From positions 677,595-741,594 of the forward strand of contig OZ246416.1 in NCBI GenBank assembly GCA_965231095.1: a DNA stretch of 64,000 bases. The letters run 5' to 3'. The stretch's first letter is position 1; every line of letters starts with the position of its first letter. Below, piece by piece: positions 18,713-26,952 of the stretch. Origin of the DNA: an uncultured Gammaproteobacteria bacterium (GTDB lineage: Bacteria; Patescibacteriota; Patescibacteriia; XYB2-FULL-38-15). The position numbers and the translations under genes were made by a program. The notes below the pieces were generated by a model. The model was not told where the DNA came from. It did no database searches and was given only the letters and a program-made list of their open reading frames with translations.

Positions 18713-20074
18713 TTAGTTGTACAATCTTTGTTTTATTTGTTCTATTTCTTGTTTCAGCCGGTCGCTTGTTTCCACCTCGCGAGTGATTTTATCAAAGGCG
18801 TGCATGGCGGTTGTATGATCGCGGCCGCCGAGCTCCTGGCCGATCGCCGGGTATGAACTTTCTAATTCTTTTCTCATCAAATACATCACAATTTGTCTCG
18901 GAAAAGCCAGGCGTTTCTCGCGGGATTGTCCCAAAAGATCGTCAAGCCTTAAATCATAAAATTCCGCGACGGTATTTATCAGTTGTTTTGGTGTGGCGGA
19001 TTTTCTTCCGGAAACGACGTGGCTTATAAGAATTTTTTTTACTAAATCAAGCGTTAGCGGAACATGTTGGAACTGTTCGTAAGCAATAATTTTGTTTAGG
19101 GCGCCCTCAAGTTCTCTGATGTTGTTTTGGATAATGAGCGCAATGTGATCAACAATGTTTTGATCTAAAATAAGCCCCTTTTCAGCACATTTTGCTTTTA
19201 AAATAGCAATGCGCGTTTCATAATCCGGTTGGGAAATATCTGCAATCATCCCCCACTCAAAGCGGGAGATAAGCCGTTGTTCAAGCGCCGGAATCGCTTT
19301 GGGCGGTCGATCGGAAGACATAACAATTTGTTTGTCGGCTTGATGTAGGTCGTTAAAAGTATGAAAAAATTCTTGCTGGGTTCCGTCTTTCGCGGCCATG
19401 AACTGCACGTCATCAATTAAAAGAAGATCGGGGGTGCGGTAAGTTTGTTTAAATTTTTCCGTGGTTCGGGAGCGGATGGCCTGGACATAATCATTGGTAA
19501 ATTTTTCGCTCGTGGTATAAAGAACTTTTTTGCTCGGGTCGGCTTCTAAAATCGCGTGGCCGATTCCTTGGAGAAGATGCGTCTTCCCCAGCCCCACGCC
19601 GCCATAAATAAATAAAGGATTGTAAGTGCTCTTCCCGGGATTTTTGGAAACAGCTTGCGCCGCGGCATGAGCCAATTCATTATTTTTTCCGACAACGAAA
19701 CTCGGGAAAGTATATTTTGGATTTAATCCGAAGCGATTGCTCGGGACTTCGGCCGAGGCTGTTGGTTTTTCGGTTGGTTCGTGCGTCGCGGCGGAAGGAA
19801 TTTCCACCCGTTGTGTTTGAGGCTTTACTGCCTCCACGCGATAGGCAACTTCCTTGATGTGGCAGCCGACGATTTTTTGTAAAGTTTTTAAAATGGATTG
19901 GTGATATTTATTTTCCAACCACGCTTTGGTAAAAGTATTTGGCACGCCGACCGTAATCTTTTCTCCATCAATAAGAGAAATAGCGGTGTTTTTAAACCAA
20001 GTGGTAAAGTTGGCTTTTGTGAGAGAGAGTTCAAGCTCGCCCAGAACCGCCTGCCAAAGTTGAAGGTTTGTCAT
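18713..20074 (-). CDS. dnaA: Chromosomal replication initiator protein DnaA
   Basis: AAA+ Walker A GVGLGKTHLL, sensor motifs, C-terminal HTH; 453 aa. Confidence 0.95.
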   Translation of the reverse strand: MTNLQLWQAVLGELELSLTKANFTTWFKNTAISLIDGEKITVGVPNTFTKAWLENKYHQSILKTLQKIVGCHIKEVAYRVEAVKPQTQRVEIPSAATHEPTEKPTASAEVPSNRFGLNPKYTFPSFVVGKNNELAHAAAQAVSKNPGKSTYNPLFIYGGVGLGKTHLLQGIGHAILEADPSKKVLYTTSEKFTNDYVQAIRSRTTEKFKQTYRTPDLLLIDDVQFMAAKDGTQQEFFHTFNDLHQADKQIVMSSDRPPKAIPALEQRLISRFEWGMIADISQPDYETRIAILKAKCAEKGLILDQNIVDHIALIIQNNIRELEGALNKIIAYEQFQHVPLTLDLVKKILISHVVSGRKSATPKQLINTVAEFYDLRLDDLLGQSREKRLAFPRQIVMYLMRKELESSYPAIGQELGGRDHTTAMHAFDKITREVETSDRLKQEIEQIKQRLYN

Positions 20075-20231
20075 AAGGAGAAGAGTTATGATCTGCTGTC
20101 ACCTTTTCTAATATATCACAGATAGAGAAGTGATAAAATGGGGTGTAAAGAGGTAAAAAGTGAATAAGGTGTTGATGAGTTGGGGAAAACTATTTTAAAA
20201 TTTCTTAAGAAAAAATTAAAATCAGATTTTT

Positions 20232-20486
20232 CTATTTTAAGGGGTCAAAACCACCCTTGGAAAATGGATTGCAGCGCATGATTCGCCAAAGAGCCTTCGC
20301 TCCTCCGCGGAAAACACCATATTTTTCTATTGCCGCATAGCCAAATTCAGAGCAAGTCGGGTGGAAACGGCAAAAACCGTGGGGAAAAAGGGAGGAAAAG
20401 AAGCCGTGATCAAAAGAAAGGGTTTTTTGATAAATTTTAATGATTTTTAGGACGGTTTTTCTGGCGATAAGGGTAGTAAAAATCAT
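20232..20486 (-). CDS. yidD: Membrane protein insertion efficiency factor YidD
   Basis: CRFHPTCSEFGYAA...RIMRCNPFSKGGFDP motif. Confidence 0.8.
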   Translation of the reverse strand: MIFTTLIARKTVLKIIKIYQKTLSFDHGFFSSLFPHGFCRFHPTCSEFGYAAIEKYGVFRGGAKALWRIMRCNPFSKGGFDPLK

Positions 20487-20827
20487 TTTTTGGTTAGATT
20501 AAAGTGCTCTAATCCCGAAATTACGTCTTTTTTTAGATCTTCGTGGGTTTTTCCCGGGGCTCCCGACAAAACCGTGATGACAAAATCATATCCCGGCGGG
20601 ATTTTTCCCATTTTTTCTTTAATTATTTCCCGGATTTGCCGCTTTAGCCGGTTTCGTACGGTCGCGAGTTTGGAAATTTTAGTTCCGACGACGATTCCAA
20701 AACGAGAAACGGACAAATTATTTTGTAAAACCCTGAAACCAAGATTTTTGGTATAAAAACCCAGTCCCCTTTTCCAAATTTTTTGGAAATCCTTGTCAGA
20801 TAGTAAACGATGGGGTTTTGGGAGCAT
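20483..20827 (-). CDS. rnpA: Ribonuclease P protein component
   Basis: 114 aa basic protein, LPKPHRLLSDKDFQKIWKRG; between rpmH and yidD. Confidence 0.85.
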   Translation of the reverse strand: MLPKPHRLLSDKDFQKIWKRGLGFYTKNLGFRVLQNNLSVSRFGIVVGTKISKLATVRNRLKRQIREIIKEKMGKIPPGYDFVITVLSGAPGKTHEDLKKDVISGLEHFNLTKK

Positions 20828-20842
20828 GATTTTGGGAAAATT

Positions 20843-20983
20843 TTAAACAGTCAGTTTCTTTCTTCCTTTGGCCATTCTTCTTTTTAGGACATTGCGGCCG
20901 CCCGGCGAAGACATTCTCTTTAAAAATCCGTGCACCTTTTTGCGGTGAATTTTTTTGGGCTGGTAAGTTCTTTTTGTTGCCAT
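20843..20983 (-). CDS. rpmH: 50S ribosomal protein L34
   Basis: Manual translation [46 protein letters not shown] (46 aa); not in ORF track (below size cutoff). Confidence 0.85.
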   Translation of the reverse strand: MATKRTYQPKKIHRKKVHGFLKRMSSPGGRNVLKRRMAKGRKKLTV

Positions 20984-21009
20984 AAATTTTTTTATTTATA
21001 ATTAATTTT

Positions 21010-21510
21010 TTATAATTTTTCCAATATTTTTAACTCTAGTTTGTCGGTGGAGGTATCGTAAACCGCGAAAGTCGCTTTGTAAAACATTCCCGCGAGCGTT
21101 CCGGGATTTACGAGCCGAGTTTTACCGATTTTTTCTTCCCACGGTTTGTGCGTATGGCCGTAAAAGACAAAATCAAACACATTTTTTTTGGCTAATTCAA
21201 GGGCTTTTTCCGGGAAATGGGTAAAAGCGATTTTTTTATCATCAACTTCAATTTCTCCGATCATTCCGTGGACTGCGACATTTTTAAAATTCTTGGCAAG
21301 TTCTTCCAGAAGATCGGGATCGCCGACATTTCCGTGGACAAAATGAAATTCCCCGGAAAATTTTGGCGCGATGACTTTAGGGAGTATTGCCGGCGCCGCG
21401 AGATCGCCGCAGTGGATTATGAAATTGATTTTTTCTTTGGCGATCCAGTCCAAAAACTTAAGAAAATTAGGGACGTTGTCGTGGCTGTCGGAGATAATCG
21501 TAAGGCGCAT
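21010..21510 (-). CDS. YfcE/MJ0936-family metallophosphoesterase
   Basis: MRLTIISDSHDN...HCGDL...GNVGDP...GHTH motifs. Confidence 0.75.
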   Translation of the reverse strand: MRLTIISDSHDNVPNFLKFLDWIAKEKINFIIHCGDLAAPAILPKVIAPKFSGEFHFVHGNVGDPDLLEELAKNFKNVAVHGMIGEIEVDDKKIAFTHFPEKALELAKKNVFDFVFYGHTHKPWEEKIGKTRLVNPGTLAGMFYKATFAVYDTSTDKLELKILEKL

Positions 21511-22790
21511 TATTTTGTGGCTAAGTTTTTGAGGATGAGAACCGCTTTTCGGTTTTTAATAATATTTCCAAGGTATTGTTTTGATTCCTCCGAGCGCACT
21601 CGTTCCAGAAGATCGGGCTCGTTTTTGTAAGCTTCACATAATTTTGTTATCTCTTCATCAATTTCCGCGTCCGTCGCTTCAATTTTTTCCGCGGCGGCAA
21701 TTTCTTTGATGGCCAGCGCCGTTTTTATCCGCTCCACCGCTCGCGGAGCAAAGTCTAACATTAATTGGCCTTCGGTCTTTTTGATATTTTTTAAATAATC
21801 ATCAAAATTGACCCCGCGTCCCGCCAAAGATTCTTCCAGTTCATGCACCATCTTGTGCGCCTCGGAATTAACAAGGGCTTCGGGGATGTCTTCCACTCTG
21901 GCTCCGGCGACAACTTGTTTTAAAACCTCTTCTTCCAGTCGCGCTTCTTCCTCGTTTTCCATTTCTTTAAGCAAATTTTCGCGGAGCAGATTCTTCAGTT
22001 TATCCATAGATTCCTGCCCCAAAGCTTTGGCAAAAGCATCGTCCATGGCCGGCGGCTGGAGCTCAAAAACCGAACTGATTTTTATTTTAAAATCAACATT
22101 TTTTCCGGCAAGATTTTTTTGATAATGCTCTTTGGGAAAAGAGAGAGAAAATTCCTTGCAATCTCCGGCAGAGAGGCCGATTAATTGATCGGTAAGGCCC
22201 GGAACATAATAGGCCTCGGCCATATAAATAGCGTGATTTTTTGTTTGTCCGCCTTCAAGCGCCACTTTGTCCAAAAACATTTCCATATCCAAAACAACTT
22301 TGTCGGCTTTTCCCGCCGGACGGCTGGCTAAAACTTCTTTGGTCTGCATTTTTTGTAAATCATGAAGTGCGGCGTCAATCTTTTTATCATCTACGTCGCT
22401 TTTTTTGCGGGAGATTTTTATTTTATGGTAATCACCAAGCTGGATGTGCGGCAGGAGAGAAACTTTAGCCTTGTAAACCAGAGGATTTCCCGGCGCAAGT
22501 TTTAAAACAGAAATTTCCGGAGAGCCGAGCGTTTCCAGATGCTCATCTTTTACAATTTTTGGATAAGTTTTTTCCACGGCGAGTTCCGCGGCCTTTTCAT
22601 AAATTGTCATTTCGCCGACGTGTTTTGCCAGAACGTCAAAAGGAATTTTTTCCGGGCGAAAGCCGTCAATTTTCACTTCAAGCGCAAGGGCGGCGGCAGC
22701 TTTATCCAAAAAAGGTTTTAGCTCTTCGGGGGGAATTTCTATTTCCAGCTCCGCGGTATTTTTTTGTAGAGTTTTTGAGTTTAGTTTCAT
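21510..22790 (-). CDS. tig: Trigger factor
   Basis: 426 aa; ribosome-binding N-domain (FRPEKIP), PPIase-like middle, C-terminal arm architecture. Confidence 0.85.
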   Translation of the reverse strand: MKLNSKTLQKNTAELEIEIPPEELKPFLDKAAAALALEVKIDGFRPEKIPFDVLAKHVGEMTIYEKAAELAVEKTYPKIVKDEHLETLGSPEISVLKLAPGNPLVYKAKVSLLPHIQLGDYHKIKISRKKSDVDDKKIDAALHDLQKMQTKEVLASRPAGKADKVVLDMEMFLDKVALEGGQTKNHAIYMAEAYYVPGLTDQLIGLSAGDCKEFSLSFPKEHYQKNLAGKNVDFKIKISSVFELQPPAMDDAFAKALGQESMDKLKNLLRENLLKEMENEEEARLEEEVLKQVVAGARVEDIPEALVNSEAHKMVHELEESLAGRGVNFDDYLKNIKKTEGQLMLDFAPRAVERIKTALAIKEIAAAEKIEATDAEIDEEITKLCEAYKNEPDLLERVRSEESKQYLGNIIKNRKAVLILKNLATK

Positions 22791-22955
22791 TTTGATTGGG
22801 GGAAAAATTGATTAGGTTTTTCTTTGATAAGTTTAAAGAAAAACTGTTTTTTTGTCAACAAATTTAGAGAAATCCACAAAATATCCACAGGGGGAGATTT
22901 TTAATAAAAAAGCCCGGCGATTTGTAGTCGCAGGGCGGGGAGGCCGGCAGGGGCG

Positions 22956-23168
22956 TCAGCTGCAAAGAATCTGGTGGCAGCCGTCTTCGCCCGGATCGTT
23001 GGGACAGCCGCAGCGCGGGCAAAGATGGGCTTCCGGCGATTGCTCCTCTTCGGGCAGACCGTCGGGAGGCAGGTATGTGCCGGGCAGACCGTAGAGAAGC
23101 CATTCGCCGACTTCTTCGTCCGTCACCCCAGAGGGAGATGGTTTTTGCAGCACTCTCTTGCTTGCCAT
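22956..23168 (-). CDS. Small zinc-ribbon protein (CPRCGCPNDPGEDGCHQ), GC-rich island 2
   Basis: 70-aa ORF with AGGAGG SD 5 nt upstream; ~63% GC. Confidence 0.45.
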   Translation of the reverse strand: MASKRVLQKPSPSGVTDEEVGEWLLYGLPGTYLPPDGLPEEEQSPEAHLCPRCGCPNDPGEDGCHQILCS

Positions 23169-23297
23169 GGTTTCCTCCTTTCCGTGGCATACAGATTAAT
23201 ATACTCGGGAAGAGGTTGTTTGTCAAGGTTATAAATAAAAAACAGGGCGGGCGATGCATTGGCTTCCGAAGAAACCTTGCATCACCCGCCCGAGCTG

Positions 23298-23738
23298 TCA
23301 AGCCGCCACCGTTGAGGCGGCCTCGCTGTCCTCCTTCTTGGGGAGAAAGGTCGTGGTGGCCCGCTGGCCATCCCCTTTCGCCCCCCTCGCCGCGTCGAGC
23401 ACCAGGCTCACGGCCGTGAGCCGCCGTCCGACCGTCTCGGTATACGCCCGTTCCGCGGGGGTCCACTTTTCCGGCTCGCCGCCGAGCAAGAGCTCGACCT
23501 CTTCTCGGAGAGTGGCGAACTCCGCCTCGCGCCTCGCCCTGATCGTCTGGATATCGGTGTCCGTGAGCTTGGCGGCCCACACCGCGAACCAGTCGACCGG
23601 ACCCTTGCCGCGCGTGACCTGGGCCGCGAGACCCTGGGTCACCGCCAACTCGTAGATGTCCACGATTGGCTCGGCCTTCGGCTTGCCTCCGAGTACCCCT
23701 CCCAGCCACTGTCCGAGCTCCGTGTCTTTTCCGCTCAT
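23298..23738 (-). CDS. Hypothetical protein, GC-rich island 2
   Basis: 146-aa ORF, GGAGGAGGAG SD; consensus promoter TTGACA-17-TATAAT on minus strand at ~23846-23818 overlapping palindrome tttgtcaa-gagctt-ttgacaaa. Confidence 0.5.
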   Translation of the reverse strand: MSGKDTELGQWLGGVLGGKPKAEPIVDIYELAVTQGLAAQVTRGKGPVDWFAVWAAKLTDTDIQTIRARREAEFATLREEVELLLGGEPEKWTPAERAYTETVGRRLTAVSLVLDAARGAKGDGQRATTTFLPKKEDSEAASTVAA

Positions 23739-23817
23739 TTTCTCCTCCTCCCGTCTGGCGGAAAGCTACTTTTCCGCACAATTTGCCAATCATGTAGCTT
23801 TTTATTATATAATAAGG

Positions 23818-23848
23818 TTAAGATTTTGTCAAGAGCTTTTGACAAAAA
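23818..23848 (-). promoter_or_regulatory. Consensus sigma70 promoter (TTGACA-17-TATAAT) with overlapping 8-6-8 palindromic operator-like site driving island 2 genes
   Basis: Read from reverse complement of 23790-23860. Confidence 0.6.
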
Positions 23849-23904
23849 TGGTTAAAAATAGCTTAAATTAGAGAAAAAAGAGGTGTTTTTATCCAAAAAC
23901 AAAA

Positions 23905-23930
23905 AACGGCCCTTCGGCCGTTAAATTTTT
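23905..23930. terminator. Perfect hairpin aacggcc-cttc-ggccgtt with flanking T/A runs
   Basis: Downstream of minus-strand gene ending 23943. Confidence 0.55.
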
Positions 23931-23942
23931 GTAAATTTATGT

Positions 23943-24257
23943 TTAATTAAGTCCGGAAATTTTCTTTTTTTTCACTTCTTCTTTAAATGCTCCTGCGTCT
24001 TGCTCCGCCTCGGCGCGGGCTTCATTTAAAATTTTAGTAATCATTTCGCGCGGTAGAATATCAGAGTTATCCAGGGAGTCCAAATATCTTTCGTACGCTT
24101 CATGTGCTTTTTCCGTCTCAATGTCGTCGCCCCTTCCAATTTGTGAAAGGTAATAGTTAAACCAAAAATCTCCGGCCAGCGTCCTTAATTTTTTTTCCGC
24201 CGCTTCTCTTTCGGGATCATTTTCTTGGTCAGGATTTTTTGGTTCCCTTTCCGCCAT
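23943..24257 (-). CDS. Hypothetical acidic protein
   Basis: 104-aa ORF, upstream of clpP on same strand. Confidence 0.4.
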   Translation of the reverse strand: MAEREPKNPDQENDPEREAAEKKLRTLAGDFWFNYYLSQIGRGDDIETEKAHEAYERYLDSLDNSDILPREMITKILNEARAEAEQDAGAFKEEVKKKKISGLN

Positions 24258-24261
24258 AAAT

Positions 24262-24870
24262 TTATTTTTTAATAATTTTATCTACGATTCCGTACTTCAA
24301 CGCTTCCTCCGCCGTCATAAAATAGTCGCGGTCTGTGTCTTTATCAATTTTGGCGATCGGCTGACCGGTGTGTTTGGCCAAAATTTCATTCAAGCGATCT
24401 TTAATTCTCAAAATATGTTCCGCTCGAATTTTTATATCAACGGCTTGGCCTTCGGCGCCGCCCATCACCTGATGAATCATTACTTCCGCGTTTGGCAACA
24501 AAAATCTTTTTCCTTTCGCGCCCGCCGCCAAAAGTGTCGCGGCCATTGACGCGGCCATGCCAACGCAAATTGTGGAAACATCTGGCTTGATGTATTGCAT
24601 GGTGTCGTAAATCGCAAGACCCGCCGTGACTGATCCGCCGGGGCTATTGATATACAATTTAATATCTTTATCTTTGTCTTGGCTTTCTAAAAATAAAAGT
24701 TGGGCAATGATCGTGTTGGCCGCGCCATCATCAATTTGGTCGCCCAAAAAGACAATCCGGTCTTTCAAGAGTCGGGAATAAATATCATAAGCCCGCTCAC
24801 CGTAAGTTGATTTTTCAATCACGGTCGGGATTAAATATTGTGAATTCGGTTCGTTATTTTTTGGAGTCAT
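24262..24870 (-). CDS. clpP: ATP-dependent Clp protease proteolytic subunit
   Basis: [19 protein letters not shown], catalytic GMAASMAA Ser region, MIHQ His. Confidence 0.9.
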   Translation of the reverse strand: MTPKNNEPNSQYLIPTVIEKSTYGERAYDIYSRLLKDRIVFLGDQIDDGAANTIIAQLLFLESQDKDKDIKLYINSPGGSVTAGLAIYDTMQYIKPDVSTICVGMAASMAATLLAAGAKGKRFLLPNAEVMIHQVMGGAEGQAVDIKIRAEHILRIKDRLNEILAKHTGQPIAKIDKDTDRDYFMTAEEALKYGIVDKIIKK

Positions 24871-24934
24871 ATTTATATTAAATTTTTAATTTTTTAATTT
24901 TTAAAGAATGTCTTAATTTTTAATTTTCAAAACT

Positions 24935-25357
24935 TTACGCCGCTTCTTTCCGCAGTTCTTTTCTGGTCGCTTCTCGTCCGGGCTTCGCTGGTTTTTTCCC
25001 ATGTCGATGACCTCTTCTTTCTGCCCCTTCCCTCTTCCCTTCATCGATTTTTCGCGATTGATCTTGTTTGGCTGCCACCTCTTCGTATGGGGGAGTTTCG
25101 GCAGATATTTTTTCGTGTTGATATTCTTTTTCTTCAAATTCTCGGCGGCGTTCGGCATCTTTTTGGAGACGTTCTTTTCTTGCGGATAAAGCTTGCTCAG
25201 CCACTTCTTCCGTGAATGGGCCTCGCGCGGCTAATTGTTTGCGGCGTTTTTCTTCTTCTCTTTGGCGCACGCCCCCTTGAAATTCAGCTCTTAGCCGAGC
25301 CCTTTCTTTATTTTTAGCCATTTCTTCTTCGTTGGGGGAAAAGATTTCTCGTTCCAT
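24935..25357 (-). CDS. Hypothetical highly charged (E/R/K-rich) protein
   Basis: 140-aa low-complexity ORF; alternative overlapping frame 24913-25158 exists. Confidence 0.3.
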   Translation of the reverse strand: MEREIFSPNEEEMAKNKERARLRAEFQGGVRQREEEKRRKQLAARGPFTEEVAEQALSARKERLQKDAERRREFEEKEYQHEKISAETPPYEEVAAKQDQSRKIDEGKREGAERRGHRHGKKPAKPGREATRKELRKEAA

Positions 25358-25387
25358 CTATTTAGTAATTAGATATTAGAAAATTTT

Positions 25388-26353
25388 TTATTCTACCATC
25401 CATCCACCGTTTATTTTAACCAATTTTCCCGGAATGGTAAACCCGGCGGCTTTGGCATGCCCGCCGCCGCCGAAAGTTTTTGCCAGGCGCGAAACATCAA
25501 TTCCCGGGGTTGTCGTTCTAAAACTTCCCTTGATTTTTCCGTCTTCCAGGGCTTTTAAAACTAAAACCATTTTTGCCCCTTTTAAATTATTCAAAAAATT
25601 CGTCACGCCCTCAAGCGCTTCTTCATCCAAGTTTGCCAGTTCCAAATCTTCTTGCGTAATGACGGTCGTCACAATACCCAAGTCTTTGTTTTCCGTCAGC
25701 CGTGACAAAATCACTCCCCAAAATTTTAAAACATCCAGAGATTTATTTTGTAAAACATTGGAAGAAATTTCTCCAAGCTTGGCTCCGCGGGCGAGAAGTT
25801 TTCCGGCGGCTTCAAGCGAAGAAAAGGTTGTGGCCGGGTTGCTGAAATTTGCCGTGTCGGTGATGAGGCCGGTCAAAAGCAATGTGGCCGCGTCTTTGCT
25901 AAAAGAAAAATTTAATTGTTCGAAAAGGGAAAAAACAATTTCTGCCGCGGAAGAAGATTCGGGGTCAACAATATTTAATACTCCAAAATTTTCATTGGTT
26001 TGGTGATGATCAATATTGATAATAGGAAATTCGGCGGGCAGGGTGCGGAGCTCGGGCTCAATTCCGGTTTGTTTGAAATCGCCGCAATCCAACATTATAA
26101 TCAAGTCGTAACAAGAAAGAGAAATCTCATCAAAATCATCTTTGATTTTTTTTCGGCCGGGCAAAAAATCCCCGGTGGAAGAAATCGGGCCAAGGGCGAA
26201 AAAGTCATTCTGCTTTCCAAGTGCGTCTAAAAATTCCGCGAAAGCCAAGCCGGAACCCAGCGCGTCGCCGTCCGGTTTTTGGTGCGTCATGACTAGGATT
26301 TTTTTGGCGGCTAAGATTAGCTGCTCTAATTTGTTAATTAATATTTGGTTCAT
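25388..26353 (-). CDS. nrnA: DHH-family phosphoesterase (NrnA-like oligoribonuclease/pAp phosphatase)
   Basis: HQKPDGDALGS, DCGD, IDHHQTN (DHH) motifs and GGGH in DHHA1 part. Confidence 0.75.
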   Translation of the reverse strand: MNQILINKLEQLILAAKKILVMTHQKPDGDALGSGLAFAEFLDALGKQNDFFALGPISSTGDFLPGRKKIKDDFDEISLSCYDLIIMLDCGDFKQTGIEPELRTLPAEFPIINIDHHQTNENFGVLNIVDPESSSAAEIVFSLFEQLNFSFSKDAATLLLTGLITDTANFSNPATTFSSLEAAGKLLARGAKLGEISSNVLQNKSLDVLKFWGVILSRLTENKDLGIVTTVITQEDLELANLDEEALEGVTNFLNNLKGAKMVLVLKALEDGKIKGSFRTTTPGIDVSRLAKTFGGGGHAKAAGFTIPGKLVKINGGWMVE

Positions 26354-26687
26354 CTTCTTTAACTTGGTTAATCAAATTTTCCACCACTTCGGCCTTTTTC
26401 TCGGTGATGTCAATTTTAAAATTTATCCTCGGCGTAAATTTGGTGTTCATTTTTCTGAATAATTTTTTCTGAAACTCGCGGACGGCGCGACCGGCGATCG
26501 CAAGGCAGGTTCCCGTGAATTTATCGGGCAAAACTGAAAGCCAGACCGTGGCGTATTTCAGGTCGTCGGAAACTTCGGCTCGGGTTAGGGTAACCAAGCA
26601 TTCAAGGGGAAATTCAACTTCCCGCGCGAAAAACTCGCTAAGTTCCCGGATAATTAATTCTTCAAATTGTTCTGTTCTTAGAGACAT
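26334..26687 (-). CDS. rbfA: Ribosome-binding factor A
   Basis: 117 aa, KH-like RbfA pattern (LTRAEVSDDLKYATVWLSVL). Confidence 0.8.
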   Translation of the reverse strand: MSLRTEQFEELIIRELSEFFAREVEFPLECLVTLTRAEVSDDLKYATVWLSVLPDKFTGTCLAIAGRAVREFQKKLFRKMNTKFTPRINFKIDITEKKAEVVENLINQVKEDEPNIN

Positions 26688-26952
26688 AAAGAAAATTTCT
26701 AATTTCCAATTTCCAATAAATGTTCAATAACCAGCGCCCGGATTCAAGCTTTGTCATTTAACATTTTAAATTTTGATTTTATTAGAAATTAGGCATTAGT
26801 AATTGGGAATTAAATTAATGGTCTATCTTAATACTATCACGAATTTCTGTCAAAGGCATGAGGACGGGGGTGAAAAGATAGCGGGACATTTTTATCTGTG
26901 GGCGGGTGCTAATTCTTGCCAAAGAATCCGTGAAAATGTAAAATACATCAAT

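Noticed and set aside
18577-18856. Plus-strand ORFs 18577-18786 and 18596-18856
   Set aside because: They overlap the DnaA-box-rich oriC candidate and the 3' end of dnaA. Low-complexity hydrophobic translation of AT-rich DNA.
22864-23793. 309-aa ORF (minus strand) and several plus-strand ORFs (22974-23234, 23075-23419, 23254-23655) rich in Arg/Gly/Pro
   Set aside because: Typical out-of-frame artefacts of a high-GC segment. The plausible coding frames are the two Shine-Dalgarno-preceded minus-strand genes 23298-23738 and 22956-23168.
26803-26952. Upstream start of smc ORF
   Set aside because: The N-terminal 50 residues are nonsense-like. The canonical SMC start MYLQKLEIQGFKSF begins at 26953.
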